A DNA stretch of 64,000 nt from Fonticula alba ATCC 38817 (lineage: Eukaryota > Protista > Nucleariida), in NCBI GenBank assembly GCA_000388065.2, contig KB932209.1, one strand, 5' to 3'. A program made the position numbers and the translations under genes. The stretch's first letter is position 1, and every line of letters begins with the position of its first letter. Shown one piece after another: positions 51,779-64,000 of this stretch. Under the pieces are notes generated by a model. That model saw nothing but the letters and a program-made list of their open reading frames with translations. It searched no databases and had not been told where the DNA came from.

Positions 51779-52905
51779 TCAGGCGGTCTCGCCTTCGACA
51801 GGAGCCTTTGCGGCTGTCCGTTTGCGCTTGGGGACCGGAGCTACGGGGTTGTCAGCGGCATCGGGCAGGTGTGTATGCATGTGTGTGCATGTGTGTGAGA
51901 GCGGGGGGGGAGAGGGAGGGAGAGAAGCAAAGCCATGGGATTGGAGCATGGATGGGGAAGGTAGTCGCACCGTTGACATTTTCCCGCAGGTAGAACTTCT
52001 GCAGCAGGGACACCGCCTCCTCGGCGAAGTAGCCGGTGCGGCATTCCAGCGGCGGCAGCCCGGTGTCATATGGGCTAGAGAGGGCGTGGGGGAGGGCGGT
52101 GTCAAAGGAAGGGCAAGAGGAGAGGGGCCCGAGCGGGAGCGGCAGCGGGAGTGATTGTGCACAAGCGAGAGCCAATGGCCTCAGCACGTACTACGAGTGA
52201 GCATTGATAATGGAGCCACACCCGCCGAACCGGTCGTTGGAGGCGCCAAAGAAGCACAGTTGGATGCCTGGGCGGTGCGCCGAGAGACGAGGGCGTGAGT
52301 CATCGAGTGCTCGAAATAAATGTGCTCCTGGCGCAAGGGACGTACCAGAGTGCCGCAGGGCGCCGGCACACATGACGCAGGGCTCCAAAGTCACGTAGAG
52401 AACACATTCGGAGAGGCTGTGTGTCAGGTTGGCAGCTGATGCGTCGGGGTGCGCCGCGCGGAACTCGCTGACGAACTGGTCGATAGCTTCGACCTCAGCA
52501 TGCCGGGTGGCCTGAACGCAGGAACATGTGCGCATGTGTGTGAGAGAGAGAGAGGGAGGAATGGCGACCATCAGCGTCAAGGGGGATGAGGGCGGGGGAG
52601 TGACGCAGCGACATATGTATCCACAAGGTCGTACGTTGTGAGTCTCGCTCGGACGGTTCCTCCCGCGCGCCACAATCTGGGCGTCCTTCACGAGGACACA
52701 CCCGACCGGGACTTCGCCCAAGTCGAGGGATTCTTGAGCCTGCGGCCGAAAGTGGGAAGGTCAGACTCCCTGGCCAGGTGGATAGTCATCGGGACCATCC
52801 GGATCGAGGGGGTGGGATGGGACGCACCAGCCGGAATGCCTCGCGCATGAAGGGCTCACAGTAGACCATGTCCTGGTCGCGCGGCTTGGAAAAGGAAAGC
52901 GTCAT
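51779..52905 (-). CDS. TAD2: tRNA adenosine-34 deaminase catalytic subunit; exons 52905-52828, 52739-52635, 52511-52346, 52267-52192, 52074-51971, 51840-51779
   Basis: FMREAF..AQESLDLGEVPVGCVLV, ATRHAE (HAE), LYVTLEPCVMC (PCxxC), FGASNDRFGGCGS, AVSLLQKFYLRENVNAPVPK. Confidence 0.92.
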
Positions 52906-53824
52906 CTTGGATGGGGCAGCAACTATGAGACGGGCATGGGGCATCAGTGGCGCTGCGGTTGACCAGCATGGGGGCGCGTGCTGGCGCACCGCTTGACAGG
53001 GGACGCTGCCTTGGCAGGGGGAAGCGCGAGCCGGTTCTTAAAAAGGTACGAAGTATTTTGGCAACCAAGGACCGGGGGGGGGGGGCAGGGGCAGAGAAGG
53101 GCAGCACGACCGGGATATGGGCAAGAGCAAGGCAGCAGGCGGGAGAGCAGGCAGGGAGGGGACGGGCGCGGGGGAGAAGGGGCGAAGGGGGGAAAAAAAA
53201 GAAAAAGAAAAGGATGCCAGGATTGCACAGGGTGTTGGGTAGGCGTCTCAACGCGTGGGACCTGGTGGGACACTTTTCTTCGGGGTGCCCGTTCTGGGCT
53301 GGGAGACCGCATCGATCAATCTTTGACTCGGTCGTGGGAAATACGCCTCCGGCGAGGAATGTCATTGCGTGAGACCGTTATCCGAGGAAAATCCCCCCGC
53401 CACGATGAATTTTCGCGGGTGTCACACATGAAAATTGGGCCCCCCCCCCCCGCCGCCCAGGTTTCTCCAACCCAAACACCACGGCCGAGGATCTCGCACC
53501 ACACTCGCCCGTTCGGTCGGGGTGGGGGTGGGGTGGGGGGGTAGAGGGGGCCCTGTTCCTCCCGAAGAGCCTCCTGGGCGGGCAATCTCCCCTCGACGGG
53601 CGAGACATGAAATCTCCCAGCCCATTTCCCTCCCCCTCCCTCCTCCCCGCCCCTGCGCACGCGCCCTCTCCATATTCCTATTTTTTCCGCCTCTCCTCGA
53701 TACCCCCGTGACGAGCTCCTCCCTCGCCACTTCCAGGCTGAACGCGGAGTCACCGGCCCCCAAGCGCGGCACCTGGAGTCGGTCATAAAGAGCGTGCTGT
53801 CTCCCCCGCCTCCCCGGACCGAAG

Positions 53825-56800
53825 ATGTACATCCGCGAGATCATTGTCGATGGCTTCAAGTCGTACGCGACGCGCACGGTGATTGCCGGGTGGGATCCAG
53901 CCTTCAATGCGATTACCGGCCTCAATGGCTCGGGCAAGTCCAACATCCTGGATTCCATCTGTTTTGTGTTGGGCATTTCCAATCTGAGTCATGTATGTTG
54001 CCCCCCCCTGCCCCCCCCCCCCCTCCCCTCCCTCTCCCTCCTGGGCTGGCTGTCCCTGCCTTTCATATCTTCTCCTTCCCCCTGTCCCTGGGCATTTGCT
54101 GACTTTCTGCCCTCTTCGGCCTCCTCTTTCTCTTTTTTTTTTCCCCCTCGATGAAGGTCCGCGCCGGGAACCTCTTGGCCCTGGCGTCCAGGCCGGGCCG
54201 GGCGGGCAACACCAACCCAGCGGTAACATTTGCATCGGCCAATCCGGCCCCCCAGCACAAGCCCGTGGGGTATGAGTCCTACCCGACGATCACCATCACC
54301 CGGCAGGTGTGTTTCTCTTGCTCCTCGCTCTTGCCCTCGCCCCTTCCGTACACAGATCGATCCTGGCGAGGCATGCTCCCTTCTCGCCCGCCTCCCCCTC
54401 CGCCTCGTGGTCTCGATACTCACCCTCCTCGCTTGGCCAACTGCCCCTGCCGGAAATGCAGATTGTCATCAACGGCCGCAACAAGTACCTGATCAACGGC
54501 ATGAATGCCCAGCAGAAGGCCGTGATGAACCTCTTCCAGTCGGTTCAGTTGAATGTCAACAACCCGCACTTCCTAATTATGCAGGGGCGCATCACCAAGG
54601 TCCTGAGCATGAAGGCGCCGGAAATCCTGTCCATGATTGAGGAAGCCGCCGGCACGCGCATGTTCGAAGACAAGAAGGACAGCGCCATCCGGACCATGGA
54701 GCGCAAGGACAAGAAGTTGGTGGAAATCCAGACGGTACGTCCTTCCGGCTTGGCGTCGGCCCGGGCGCGATGTCCCTTCGCACTGGCGCGGTTGTGGGCT
54801 TGCCATTCTCTTTGGGCCGGAGCATCGATTGACAGGCGGTCCTTGTGGGGCGGTGATTGTGCGGTCCTGCGGCGGCCCGGTGGGAATAGCTCCTGTCGGA
54901 GGAGATCACCCCCAAGTTGGACAAGCTGCGCAAGGAGCGCTCGGCATTCCTGGAGTTCCAGAAGATCGAGAGCGAGCTGGAGCGCCTGCAGCAGCTGGTG
55001 GTCGCGCACCAGTACACCACCCTCTTTGGCAAGCTGCACTCGCTGGAGCAGGCCGCCGAGGAGAAGACCGCCCGGCGGGGGGCCCTGTCCGCCGAGCGGG
55101 CCACCACGCAAACGCGCATCGACGAGGCCCAGGCCCAGGCCAGTGACCTCCTCCGACAGAAGGAGGGCAATCAGCTGCTTCGGGAGTTGACCGAGACCAC
55201 GGAGCGCCTGTCCGAGGGGCTGGTGCGCCTGCGCACGCAGGTGGATCTCAAGCGCCAGACCCAAGCCGAGGAGGCGGCCGGGTTGGAGCGGTCTCGCGGC
55301 CGGTTGGCCGTGTTGGACCAGCAGCTCGCTCAAGCCGACGCCTCGGACGGGCGGCTGGCCATGTTGCAGGCTCGCGCGCGGGCCATTGTCAGCGAGCTGG
55401 ACGAGAAAAATGAGGCCGTTCGCCGGGAGGACGCTCTGTTGTCGACGCTGGCCACCGGCGTCGGCGGGTCGGATGCCGGGTCCAGTGGCTTTGCCGAGAG
55501 GTTGCAGGGTGCGTTGCTGCTTTCCCCGGGCCCTCCCTCCCTCCCTCCTTCCTTCCTTGTGTGCATGCATTTGCCGGTGCCTAACCCTGGTGCCATTGCC
55601 TCGACTGGCTTCCCCGGTGCGCATGTCGGCCACGTAGAGGCCAAGCAGAATGCCGGGCTCATCCTCAGCGAAAAGAAGCAGGCAGAAACCCGGCTCCGGC
55701 ACTTGGGCCAGGAGCTGGAGCTGAAGCGGTCCCAGCTCCAGGCGGCCTCGGCCTCGAGTCAGGCCCTGACACAGCGGTACGCTCAGGCGTGCGCCGAGCT
55801 GGATGCCATCAAGGTACGCCGGGGGCCTGGCTTGTTTCTTCTCTTCCTTGGGTCCCTCTCCTTTGCCCTCGCGTGCCGCCACATGCTGACTCACCCGGCT
55901 GGCTGGCTGGCTCGGATTGTTTTTTTTTTCCTTTGGCAACAACAGGCGCGCCTGGCCACGGTCAACTTCGACCCGGCCCATGAGCAGGCCCTGCAGGCGC
56001 AGCACCAGGCCGCGCAGGAGGCCCTGGCGCCCTTGCTCCAAAGCAGCCGCCAGCTGACGGACAACCTCCTGCGCGCGGTGCAATTCCAATTCGCCGACCC
56101 GGTGGCGGGGTTTGATCGGTCCCTGGTCCGAGGCCTGGTGGCCGAGCTGATCCGCATTCCGCCGGAAAACTTGCACACGGCCACGGCGCTGGAAATCGCC
56201 GCCGGTGGGCGTCTCTACAATGTGGTCATCGAGAATGAGGTCGTCGGGCAGCAGCTCCTCCGACATGGGCAGCTCCGTCGGCGGTACAACTTCATCCCCC
56301 TCAACAAGGTGGTCCCGCCGGGGGAGCAGCGCGACCGGACGGCCCGCGCGCAGCATGTCACCGGGCAGCGCGCCCGGCCGGCCATTTCGCTGGTCTTCTA
56401 TGATGAGGCCGTTTCGCCGGCCATGAAGTATGTCTTCGGGTCGACGCTGGTTTGCGACGATGCGGCCACGGCCAAGCAGGTGTCGCTCGATGACCCGGGC
56501 ATCCGGCTGCGGTCGGTCACCCTGGATGGGGATTTGTACGACCCGCGAGGCACGCTGACCGGTGGATCGCGGCAAAGTGGGGCCGCCACGCTGGCCGGCC
56601 TGCACCAGCTCCAGCAGCTCCAGCAGGAGGTGGCCCGGCACCAGGCAGCGGCGGACCGGGCGTCTGCCGGGTTGCAGGCCCTGCGCCAGGCATCGCAGGA
56701 CTTCCGCCAGCTCCGCCAGCAACTGAGCCTCAAGGAGCATGAGGTGGCTCTCTTCCGGGAGCAGCTGGAGCAGAGTCCACAGGGCCAGCTGACCAAGCTC

Positions 56801-58264
56801 CTGGAAGGCCTGGAGGCGGAGGCGGCCACGGCCAGTCGGGAAATCGAGGCGGCCGCCGGGCGCCATGCCACCGTGGCGGCGGAGGTCCTTCGCCTGGAGA
56901 CCGACCTCCGAGACTTGGAAAGCAACCGCGAGGCCAAGCTCCAGAGCATCCGGCAGAATTTGGCCCGGCTGAAGCAGGAACGCGACCGCCTGTCGCAGGA
57001 GCACCAAGCCCTCGGGGGTCAGGTGGGCGTGGCACAGGCCGAGGCCGAGCAGGCTCGCGCCGATCGGGCGGAACTGGCCGCCGGGATCGACACGGCCGCC
57101 GGGCAGCTGGCCACCCTGGGCCAGGAGCTGGCGGCCCTGGAGGCCGATCTCCAAGCGCGGACGGCCGAGTTCGAGGCGGAATCCGCGCGACTCGGGGCCG
57201 AGCGGGCCCAGGTCACCCGGCTGAATGAGGACCTCCGGCGGTTGGAAAGCGTGGTCAAGGCCGGGACCGACCAGCTGAATGAGCTGGACTTGGAGACCCG
57301 GCGGGTGGAGCACGAGCTTCAGCGCTTGACGCGCGACCGGGACGAGGCCACGCAGGGGGTCCAGCGGTTGGAGGAGGCGCATCCGTGGATCTCGGAGCAG
57401 CGAGAGCACTTCGGGTCGCCGGGCGGGCCGTTCGACTTCGCGACCAACAATCCGGCCGACGCGCGCCGGCGTCTGGAGCACCTGGAGGCATCGCACAATC
57501 GCCTGGCCAAGAATGTCAACCGCAAGGTGATGACCATGTTGGAGCGTGTCGAGCGCGAGGAGCAGACCCTGAAGAACAAGCTGTCCATCGTGGTAGACGA
57601 CAAGGGCAAGATCGAGACCACCATCGGCAAGTTGGATGTCAAGAAGCGCGAGACCGTGCTGGAGACCTGGCGCGCGGTGAACACGGAGTTTGGCCTCATT
57701 TTTGGGGACCTCCTGCCGGGGAATACCGCGCGCTTGGACCCGACTTCCTCGGGCGATGTGTCCGACGGTCTGGAGATCAAGGTCAACCTGGGCGGGGTGT
57801 GGAAGGAGAGTCTGACCGAATTGAGTGGCGGCCAGCGGTCGCTGGTGGCTCTGTCGTTGATTTTGGCCCTGCTCAAGTACAAGCCGGCTCCGTTGTACAT
57901 TTTGGATGAGATCGACGCGGCGCTGGACCTGTCCCACACGCAGAATATCGGCCAGCTGCTGAAGCACCGTTTCCATGGGGCTCAGTTCATTGTGGTTTCC
58001 CTGAAGGAGGGCATGTTTTCCAATGCCAACGTCATCTTCCAGACGAAGTTCCGCGATGGGACCTCCACCGTGCTGCGCTTCTCCTCGGCTGCGACCAATG
58101 GTCGGGCTGGAGCGCCTGGTGGCGCTGGCCCCGACGGCCCGGCCCCACTCCTCACGGCTCAGGAGGGGTCCCAGCAGGGGCTGTCCTCCTCGTCGTCGCC
58201 CTCGCTGTCAGACGGATCGTCCTCCAGCATGGTCGAGATGTCAGCCAGTGGGTCCCACGACTAG
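53825..58264 (+). CDS. SMC2: Condensin subunit SMC2; exons 53825-53992, 54157-54306, 54462-54734, 54890-55508, 55638-55813, 55946-58264
   Basis: [26 protein letters not shown] (Walker A), [20 protein letters not shown], hinge [27 protein letters not shown] (signature), [15 protein letters not shown] (Walker B/D-loop). Confidence 0.96.
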
Positions 58265-58410
58265 GGTGCCTCCGTGGACTTGCTTCTCTGCTTGAAAAAG
58301 CCCCCCCCCCCCAGCAATAGACTTCACACAATTCGGCATTCTCCTGTTGCTGGCACCTGGGCATGCATTTGTGTGCCCTCCCCCCCAGGGGGGGAGAACA
58401 GGCAGGGCCA

Positions 58411-58416
58411 GGGCGG

Positions 58417-58471
<55 letters not shown>

Positions 58472-58640
58472 GGAGAGAGAGAAAGAGAGGGAGAGAAAGA
58501 GAGGGAGAGAAAGAGAGGGAGAGAGAGAGAGGGAGAGAGGGAGAGANNNNNNNNNNAGAGAGGGAGAGAGAGAGAGGGAGAGAGGGAGAGAAAGAGAGGG
58601 AGAGAGAGAGGGAAAGGGAGAGAGCAGGGGGAGAGAGAGC
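58411..58640. repeat. (GA)n/(GAGG)n purine microsatellite between the convergent SMC2 and zinc-finger genes, interrupted by a 10-N gap
   Basis: Read directly from the sequence. Confidence 0.9.
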
Positions 58641-59094
58641 AGGGGGAGATGGGAGACTGTATTCGGGGCGCGGCCTTTCACGGGCAGCCCCGCAAGGACA
58701 AAAAGGGGGGGAGAGGGAGAGAGAGAACAAGGTCAAGGACAGGAGGTGAGGGGGCCAGCAGAGTGCTACCCTTGACCGTAGTAGGTGTACTGTGTACCGT
58801 GGGAGAAAGGGCAGGGCTGTGGGGTTAGGGATGCGCATGCAGAGGAGGGGAGATGGCGTCTGGCTGGAGAGGTGTCCGAGTTGGCGGGCCCCTCCTTGTT
58901 ATGGAGAGGGTGCGCAGACGGCCGGCGGGCCAGGGGCATGGCGGAAAGAGGGCCTGGCGTACCTGCGGAGAGGAGGCTGTCTGTGTCAGGTCCGGTGGGG
59001 GGACATGGAAAGGGGGAGCCGTCGAGGACCCAGTCTCAACGACCAGCGGCGGCAGATCGAAGTCCGTCTGTGGCAAGGGGCGAAGCATGGCGAG

Positions 59095-62000
59095 TTAGTT
59101 TGGGCCGAGGAGGACAGGAAGAGCAGGCAAGCCAAGGAGGAGGCTTGGCCATGCATGGGCACGCACACTGGTCAGAGTTCCGAGCGAGGCCGGGCTCGGG
59201 GAGGCGGCCAGGGGCCGGTCCAAGAAGCCCGACCCATTGGACGACGGAGAGCCGATGGCCTCGGAGCCGCCGCTGGTTCCGGGAACAATGAGGATGGCTG
59301 GCAGGTCATCGGCCTGGGCGGACTTCGCCGCATGAGGCTGCTGGCAATCTGCCAGAGGCACGCTCGCTTCGGGAACGGCTGTTGGCCCGGGGCCGGCCGA
59401 GTTGCCAGCTTCCGTCGATGGAGGAAGGGCCTCGAGCAGGGCAAGCCGACTGTTGGATCGGCTGACCGGGGCATCGGTCGTCGCCGGCTCGCCGCCCGAG
59501 CCTGCATACATGTCGGCCCCCGGGTATGAGGGGCCAGGAGGCATGGGAGCCGGCGGCGGCGGCGGCGGCGGCGGCGGAGGAGGAGAGCATGCCCCGGGGC
59601 CGTGCTCGGTCGCCATGCTCCCGTGGGGCTGCGGAAGATCATGCCCATGCGGGTGCGCATGGGCATGGGCGTGTGCATGCGGGTGGTAGTCATGCTGAGT
59701 GGGGACCGTTTGGTAGGCATGATGGGGGTGGTGATGGGGAGCTGAGGGATCCGACGGCGGGGGTGGGGGCGGCGGTGGTGGCTGCTGCTGTGGCTGCTGC
59801 TGCTGCTGCTGCGGGTAGTGGTGATGGTGGTGATGGGGTTCCGGCGCGACCGAGTGGTAGTGGTGCGGCTGGTAGTGATGATGGTGGTGATGCGAGTCCG
59901 AGGGGACCGGGAGGTGGTGCTGATGCTGATGCTGATGCTGATGCTGGTGGTGATGCTGCTGCGACTGCGACTGCTGCTGCTGCTGCTGCTGCTGTTGCTG
60001 TTGCTGCGGCTGCGGCTGCGGCTGCGGCTGCGGCTGCTGCTGCTGTTGCTGCTGCGGCTCCTGCGAACGGGCATGGTCGTGGCCCAGATCGCCGGTCGGA
60101 GCGGAGTGCACGTCGGCCGTGCTCGGCGAATGCAAATCCCCGGCTGTGCCGCTGCCATTGTCCCCCCCACCTCCGCCCGGGGGATGGGGCGACATCAGGA
60201 GTGACGACGGGTGGTGCATGGTTGGCGAAGGGCCCGCCGACAGGGGAGCCGCCGACGGAAGAACCGGACTTTCACACGAGGGCGACAGGAGGTGGTGCGA
60301 GGAGCCGCTAAAGGACAGGTGTGAAGGAGGGCCGGCCCCGCCGGCGCCACCGCCACCAGTGTCACTGGCACCGCTGCAGCTGTGCAGGGTGGCCGTTGGC
60401 GAGGGCGGCATCGAGCCCGGCAGGGAAGATGGCAGCAAGTGATCGCCCGTCGAGAAGGACCCAATGGAGAGGGATAGTGACGGTGGGCCCGGGGCAGGGC
60501 CCGGCGGCGGGGGAAGAGCCAGCATCGGCGGCCTCGGGGCAAGACCCATGGGCTCTGGCGGCTGGAGGAACTTCGACCGCAGGTAGAAGAGACAAGCCGC
60601 GGGGTCGGCCTTGGCCAAGGTGAGGACAGTCCGAGCGTTGGAGGCACTGCCTCGGACATAGTCCACCGCCCAGACGAACAGCTCCTGGTTCGAGGGGACC
60701 GCCGGGGCGAAGCGCCCACTTGGCGAGCTGGCCCGGCTGTCGGCCGGGTGAGGCTCATCACCGGGGCCGCCTGCGCCACCGCCGAGAGAGGTCGATGCCA
60801 TGGCAAAGAGCATGGGGACCAGGCACTGGACGGCCTCCTCCTCGATGCGGGAATCTTCCCGCGCGGCGGCCAGCTGGGCTTCATAATGAGCGGCACTCGG
60901 GGGAGAGGCATGGTGTGAGGAGGGTGCCAGGAGCGGGGGCGGAGGCAGCGAATGCATGTGCCCCGGGGGCAGGGGCGGAAGCATGTGCCCGGACGACCGG
61001 GAATGATGGCCGGCCTCCAATTGCAGGTCTGCCATGCTGGCCGAGGGCGAGGGGTGGGTGCTGGCCACCGGCGAGATGAGCATCGGCGGCGAAAGGGGCG
61101 GAGGCAGCGGGTCCCCATACGAATGGTGGTGGTGGTGGTGGTGGGGGGCGGGGTGGTATGCGGGCCGAGCGGGCACAGCCGACAGGCGCCCCGCCTCGGG
61201 CTCATGATAGCCATGATGGCCATGGTGCGAGGGCATGCCGGAGGATGATGCCGATGAGGACACCGGCTGCTGGTGCGGATGTTGCTGCTGGGACGAATGA
61301 TCGCCGCCATAGTGGCCGTGGTGGCCCACCAGGTGAGGCTGGTGGTGCGGGTGTTGCTGATGCTGCGGCTCATTGCCCGCCATGTGGGGCTGGTGGTGAT
61401 ACTGGCCGAGGGACGGCGAGTCGGTCGGCGGGGCTGGCGGCCCGAGGTACGGCGACGCCGGATGCGAGGCAGACGCCGAGTAGGAGTCGCTGCCGGCCAC
61501 CCCGGCATCATGGTACGAGTAGTGCGTCGGGGCAGAGCTGGCATCCGGGTTGGAGCCCCCGTCATGGGGCAATGCCGGCGAGTGATAGGCGTCGAAGCCG
61601 CGGGCCCCGGCGGAATCGACGCCCGCTTGCGGCGAAGGAGGGCTCGTGTGGGTGGGCGACAGCGGCGGACTGACAAGAGGCATGTCCTCGGGCGGGGGGA
61701 AGGCATCTTGAGGCGGGTGTGGCTGCGGCGGGGGCGCCGGGGACGGGGGCCGGGGCGGTGGCGACTCGGAGGGCGGTGGTGGAAGGGACACACTATCTTG
61801 ACCGAGCGAATGGCCCGGGACTGTGTCGACCACCAGAGCGGGAAGATCCGGCGGCAGGTCCGGCTCCGGAGGGGAGGCCGAGCCTGGATGCAGCGTGGGA
61901 GCTTGGTGAAGCTCCTCCGGCTCGGACTTCGGCTCGATGCCCGGCTCCGACGGGGGGGCCAATTCGGACCCCGGGCTCGACGGGTCGAGCTGGGACGAAG

Positions 62001-63108
62001 GTGCAGCCTGGGACGCCTCCGAGGGGAGATCCGTTTCGTGGGATTCGATTGTCTCGATGGAGCCGGTCGCCAGCGGTGGGTCCTCCGGGGGACCGGGTGG
62101 CCCGGGAAGGGCGCCCGGCCCCAGGGGAAGGGGGTCCACAACCGCGGCTGGCATATCCCCTCCGCTTCCGGTGTCGCGGGACAACTCCCCGGAGGGAGAG
62201 GCCCCGCTGACTGGCAGGACCGTGGTCGGGGCATCGATCGGCGTGGCCACTAGACTGGGCTTCGGGGAGGGAAGCGGGATGGCCACCGTGGAGCCGGTCG
62301 TCGGGAGGGCCGGCAAATCCGGCAACAGGACACCCGGAGTCGCGGCACCCGGCATGGACCAGGCCGAGGCGGGGTGCAGCGGCTCGGAAAATGCCCCAGC
62401 CGGGGGGCGTGAGTCGATTGAGGGGCCCCTCATAGCCGGGGGCAGATAGTGCCCAAGCTCCGAGGAGGAGGCAGTCGGGGGCTCGGAGAGTAACATCCCC
62501 GGCAGGTAGGTGCTGTTGGGGTCACGCGCAGGAGGGATGGCCGTCAGCTCGGTCGCCGAGGCCGGGGGATCCGCGGAGAAGGTGGACGTGAGAGCTGACA
62601 CTGGCATCGAGGTGACGGAGGACGGGGCTACCGGGGGCAGGCCATAGGCGGCAAGCGAGTCGGGGATGGTGGCCAGGTGTCCGCCGGGCGCGGCGGCGGC
62701 GGCGGCGGCGGCGGCGGAACCCCCTTGCAGGCTGGAATTGGCCATGGCGGCGACGACCGCGGCACCGACGGCGATGGCAGCGGAGGAGGGCACTGGAGAT
62801 GGGAAGGTGTCAGCAGCAGGGGTCGCCCCTTGGCGAAAGGGACGGAGGGGCAAAGGGAAGAAGGGGGAACAGAGCCCGGGCGCACTATAGGGGTTGTATA
62901 GACTGGTGTAGCCCAGGTGCGGGGAGGTGTGATGTGACAGCAGCGGCGAGTAGGACGAGTGAAGGGCCGGCGCAATCGGCATGTGCGGCAGGGGGTAGGC
63001 GCGGGCTGCTGCGGCAGCTGCGGCGGCCGCAGCCGCCGAGCTGAAGGGGGGCATGCTCGACATGTCGGTGCCGATGGCCGGGGGAGGACCGGGTGCAGTG
63101 GTGGTGGT

Positions 63109-63144
<36 letters not shown>

Positions 63145-64000
63145 CGAGGCACTGGCAGTCGCGGCAGCAACGGCGGCGGTGGCGGTACTCTGGCTGGGCG
63201 GGTGGATGCGCGGCCGGGGGGCTCCGCGCGCATTGCCCTGCTCGGCTGTAGTGGCAGCGGGGGCACTGGCCTCCGAGGCAGTCAGCGGGGCGCTTCCGGT
63301 GGAAGGGGGATCCGAGAAATCGGGGGAGGGCGTGCGCGAAGAGGCCTGGGCTCGGGAGCCGGGCGCGGTCGCCGCTGGAGGGGCGTCAGCGGGAGCAGCG
63401 CGCGTGGTAGAGCTGGAGGCAGATGCCGGCGGTGGATCGACCAGGTTCAAGTATTTGCTGTGCCACAAGGGGAGGGGGGGGGGGGGGGGGGGAGGGAAAA
63501 CAGAGATTCGAAGGATGAGCCGTGCATGCCAAGGACCCGAAGGGAGGGACAGGGAGCAAGGAGCGAGGAGAGGACCAAGAGCAGAGGAGGAGCTGCGTAC
63601 TCAGGCCGCTGCTTGAATTCCGGGCAGTGCCCGCTCAGATGGTTGCTGAAAGATCCGGAATTGAGGAAGGCCTTCGAGCAGGCGGGACATGTGAAGGAGA
63701 GTGTCTGCAAGTCGCGCCGGAAGGACCGTTCTGTGAAGCAGGAGTATCAGCCACAGGTGCACAGAGAGGAGAGGGGAGGAAGCGCGTGTGTGTGTGTGTG
63801 TGTGAGTGTGTGGATGTGTGGATGTGTGGATGTGCGTGCGTGCGAGCAGCTGGGGGGTATGGGCGCGAACGAAGGTCCATTCGCACCATAGTGCTTGTCC
63901 TGGAAGAGGGCCCGTCGAATGATCACCATCTTGTGGACGTGGCGCATGTGGCGCTCATAGCGAGCGTCATTTCGGGAGATCGTGCACCGACCATTGCTGT
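59095..64000 (-). CDS. 5'-partial C2H2 zinc-finger protein with ~1450-aa Pro/His/Gln/Ala low-complexity C-terminal region (putative transcription factor); exons >64000-63887, 63730-63601, 63457-59095
   Basis: Canonical C-x2-C-x12-H-x3-H finger CPACSKAFLNSGSFSNHLSGH, a partial upstream finger (C...YERHMRHVH), spliced in frame via introns 63886-63731 and 63600-63458 to a 4.4-kb ORF. Confidence 0.72.

Overview
Intron-rich, very GC-rich eukaryotic genomic DNA. It has about 17 spliced protein-coding genes, short introns (about 70-400 nt) with CTGAC/CTAAC branch points, many C/G homopolymers and microsatellites, and six N gaps (10976-10985, 21192-21356, 24355-24722, 44167-44505, 49524-49573, 58547-58556). 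Gene content and style suggest a fungus-related (holomycotan) protist such as Fonticula; that is inference, not proven here. Genes reconstructed by hand, in order: ENA-type P-type Na+/K+ ATPase (+), SLC38A9-like amino-acid transporter (+), a strongly diverged XPB/Ssl2 helicase (+), mitochondrial ribosome recycling factor (-), SRPK/Sky1 kinase (-), UBE2J1/Ubc6 E2 (+), Met22/Hal2 bisphosphate nucleotidase (-), eIF2B gamma (+), fumarase (+), Phe-tRNA synthetase beta (-), an uncharacterised FAD oxidoreductase (+), a Pro/Ala-rich orphan (-), an alpha/beta hydrolase (-), an orphan membrane protein (+), TAD2/ADAT2 (-), SMC2 (+) and a 5'-partial C2H2 zinc-finger low-complexity protein (-). No CRISPR array, rRNA, complete tRNA or transposase was seen. 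Most notable: 5' splice sites almost always have a pyrimidine at +4 (GTRYGY); a nested-helix candidate ncRNA ends in T11 at 39.2-39.4 kb; the XPB is expanded and divergent and has a GC-AG intron; SLC38A9 has four stop-free 3n introns and is flanked by an exact 311-bp duplication; the SRPK carries its own RS domain; a coding-like orphan fragment sits inside a fumarase intron; and a (CGHCCS)4 repeat is read in frame in a hydrolase intron. Several of these could be assembly artefacts and are flagged as such.
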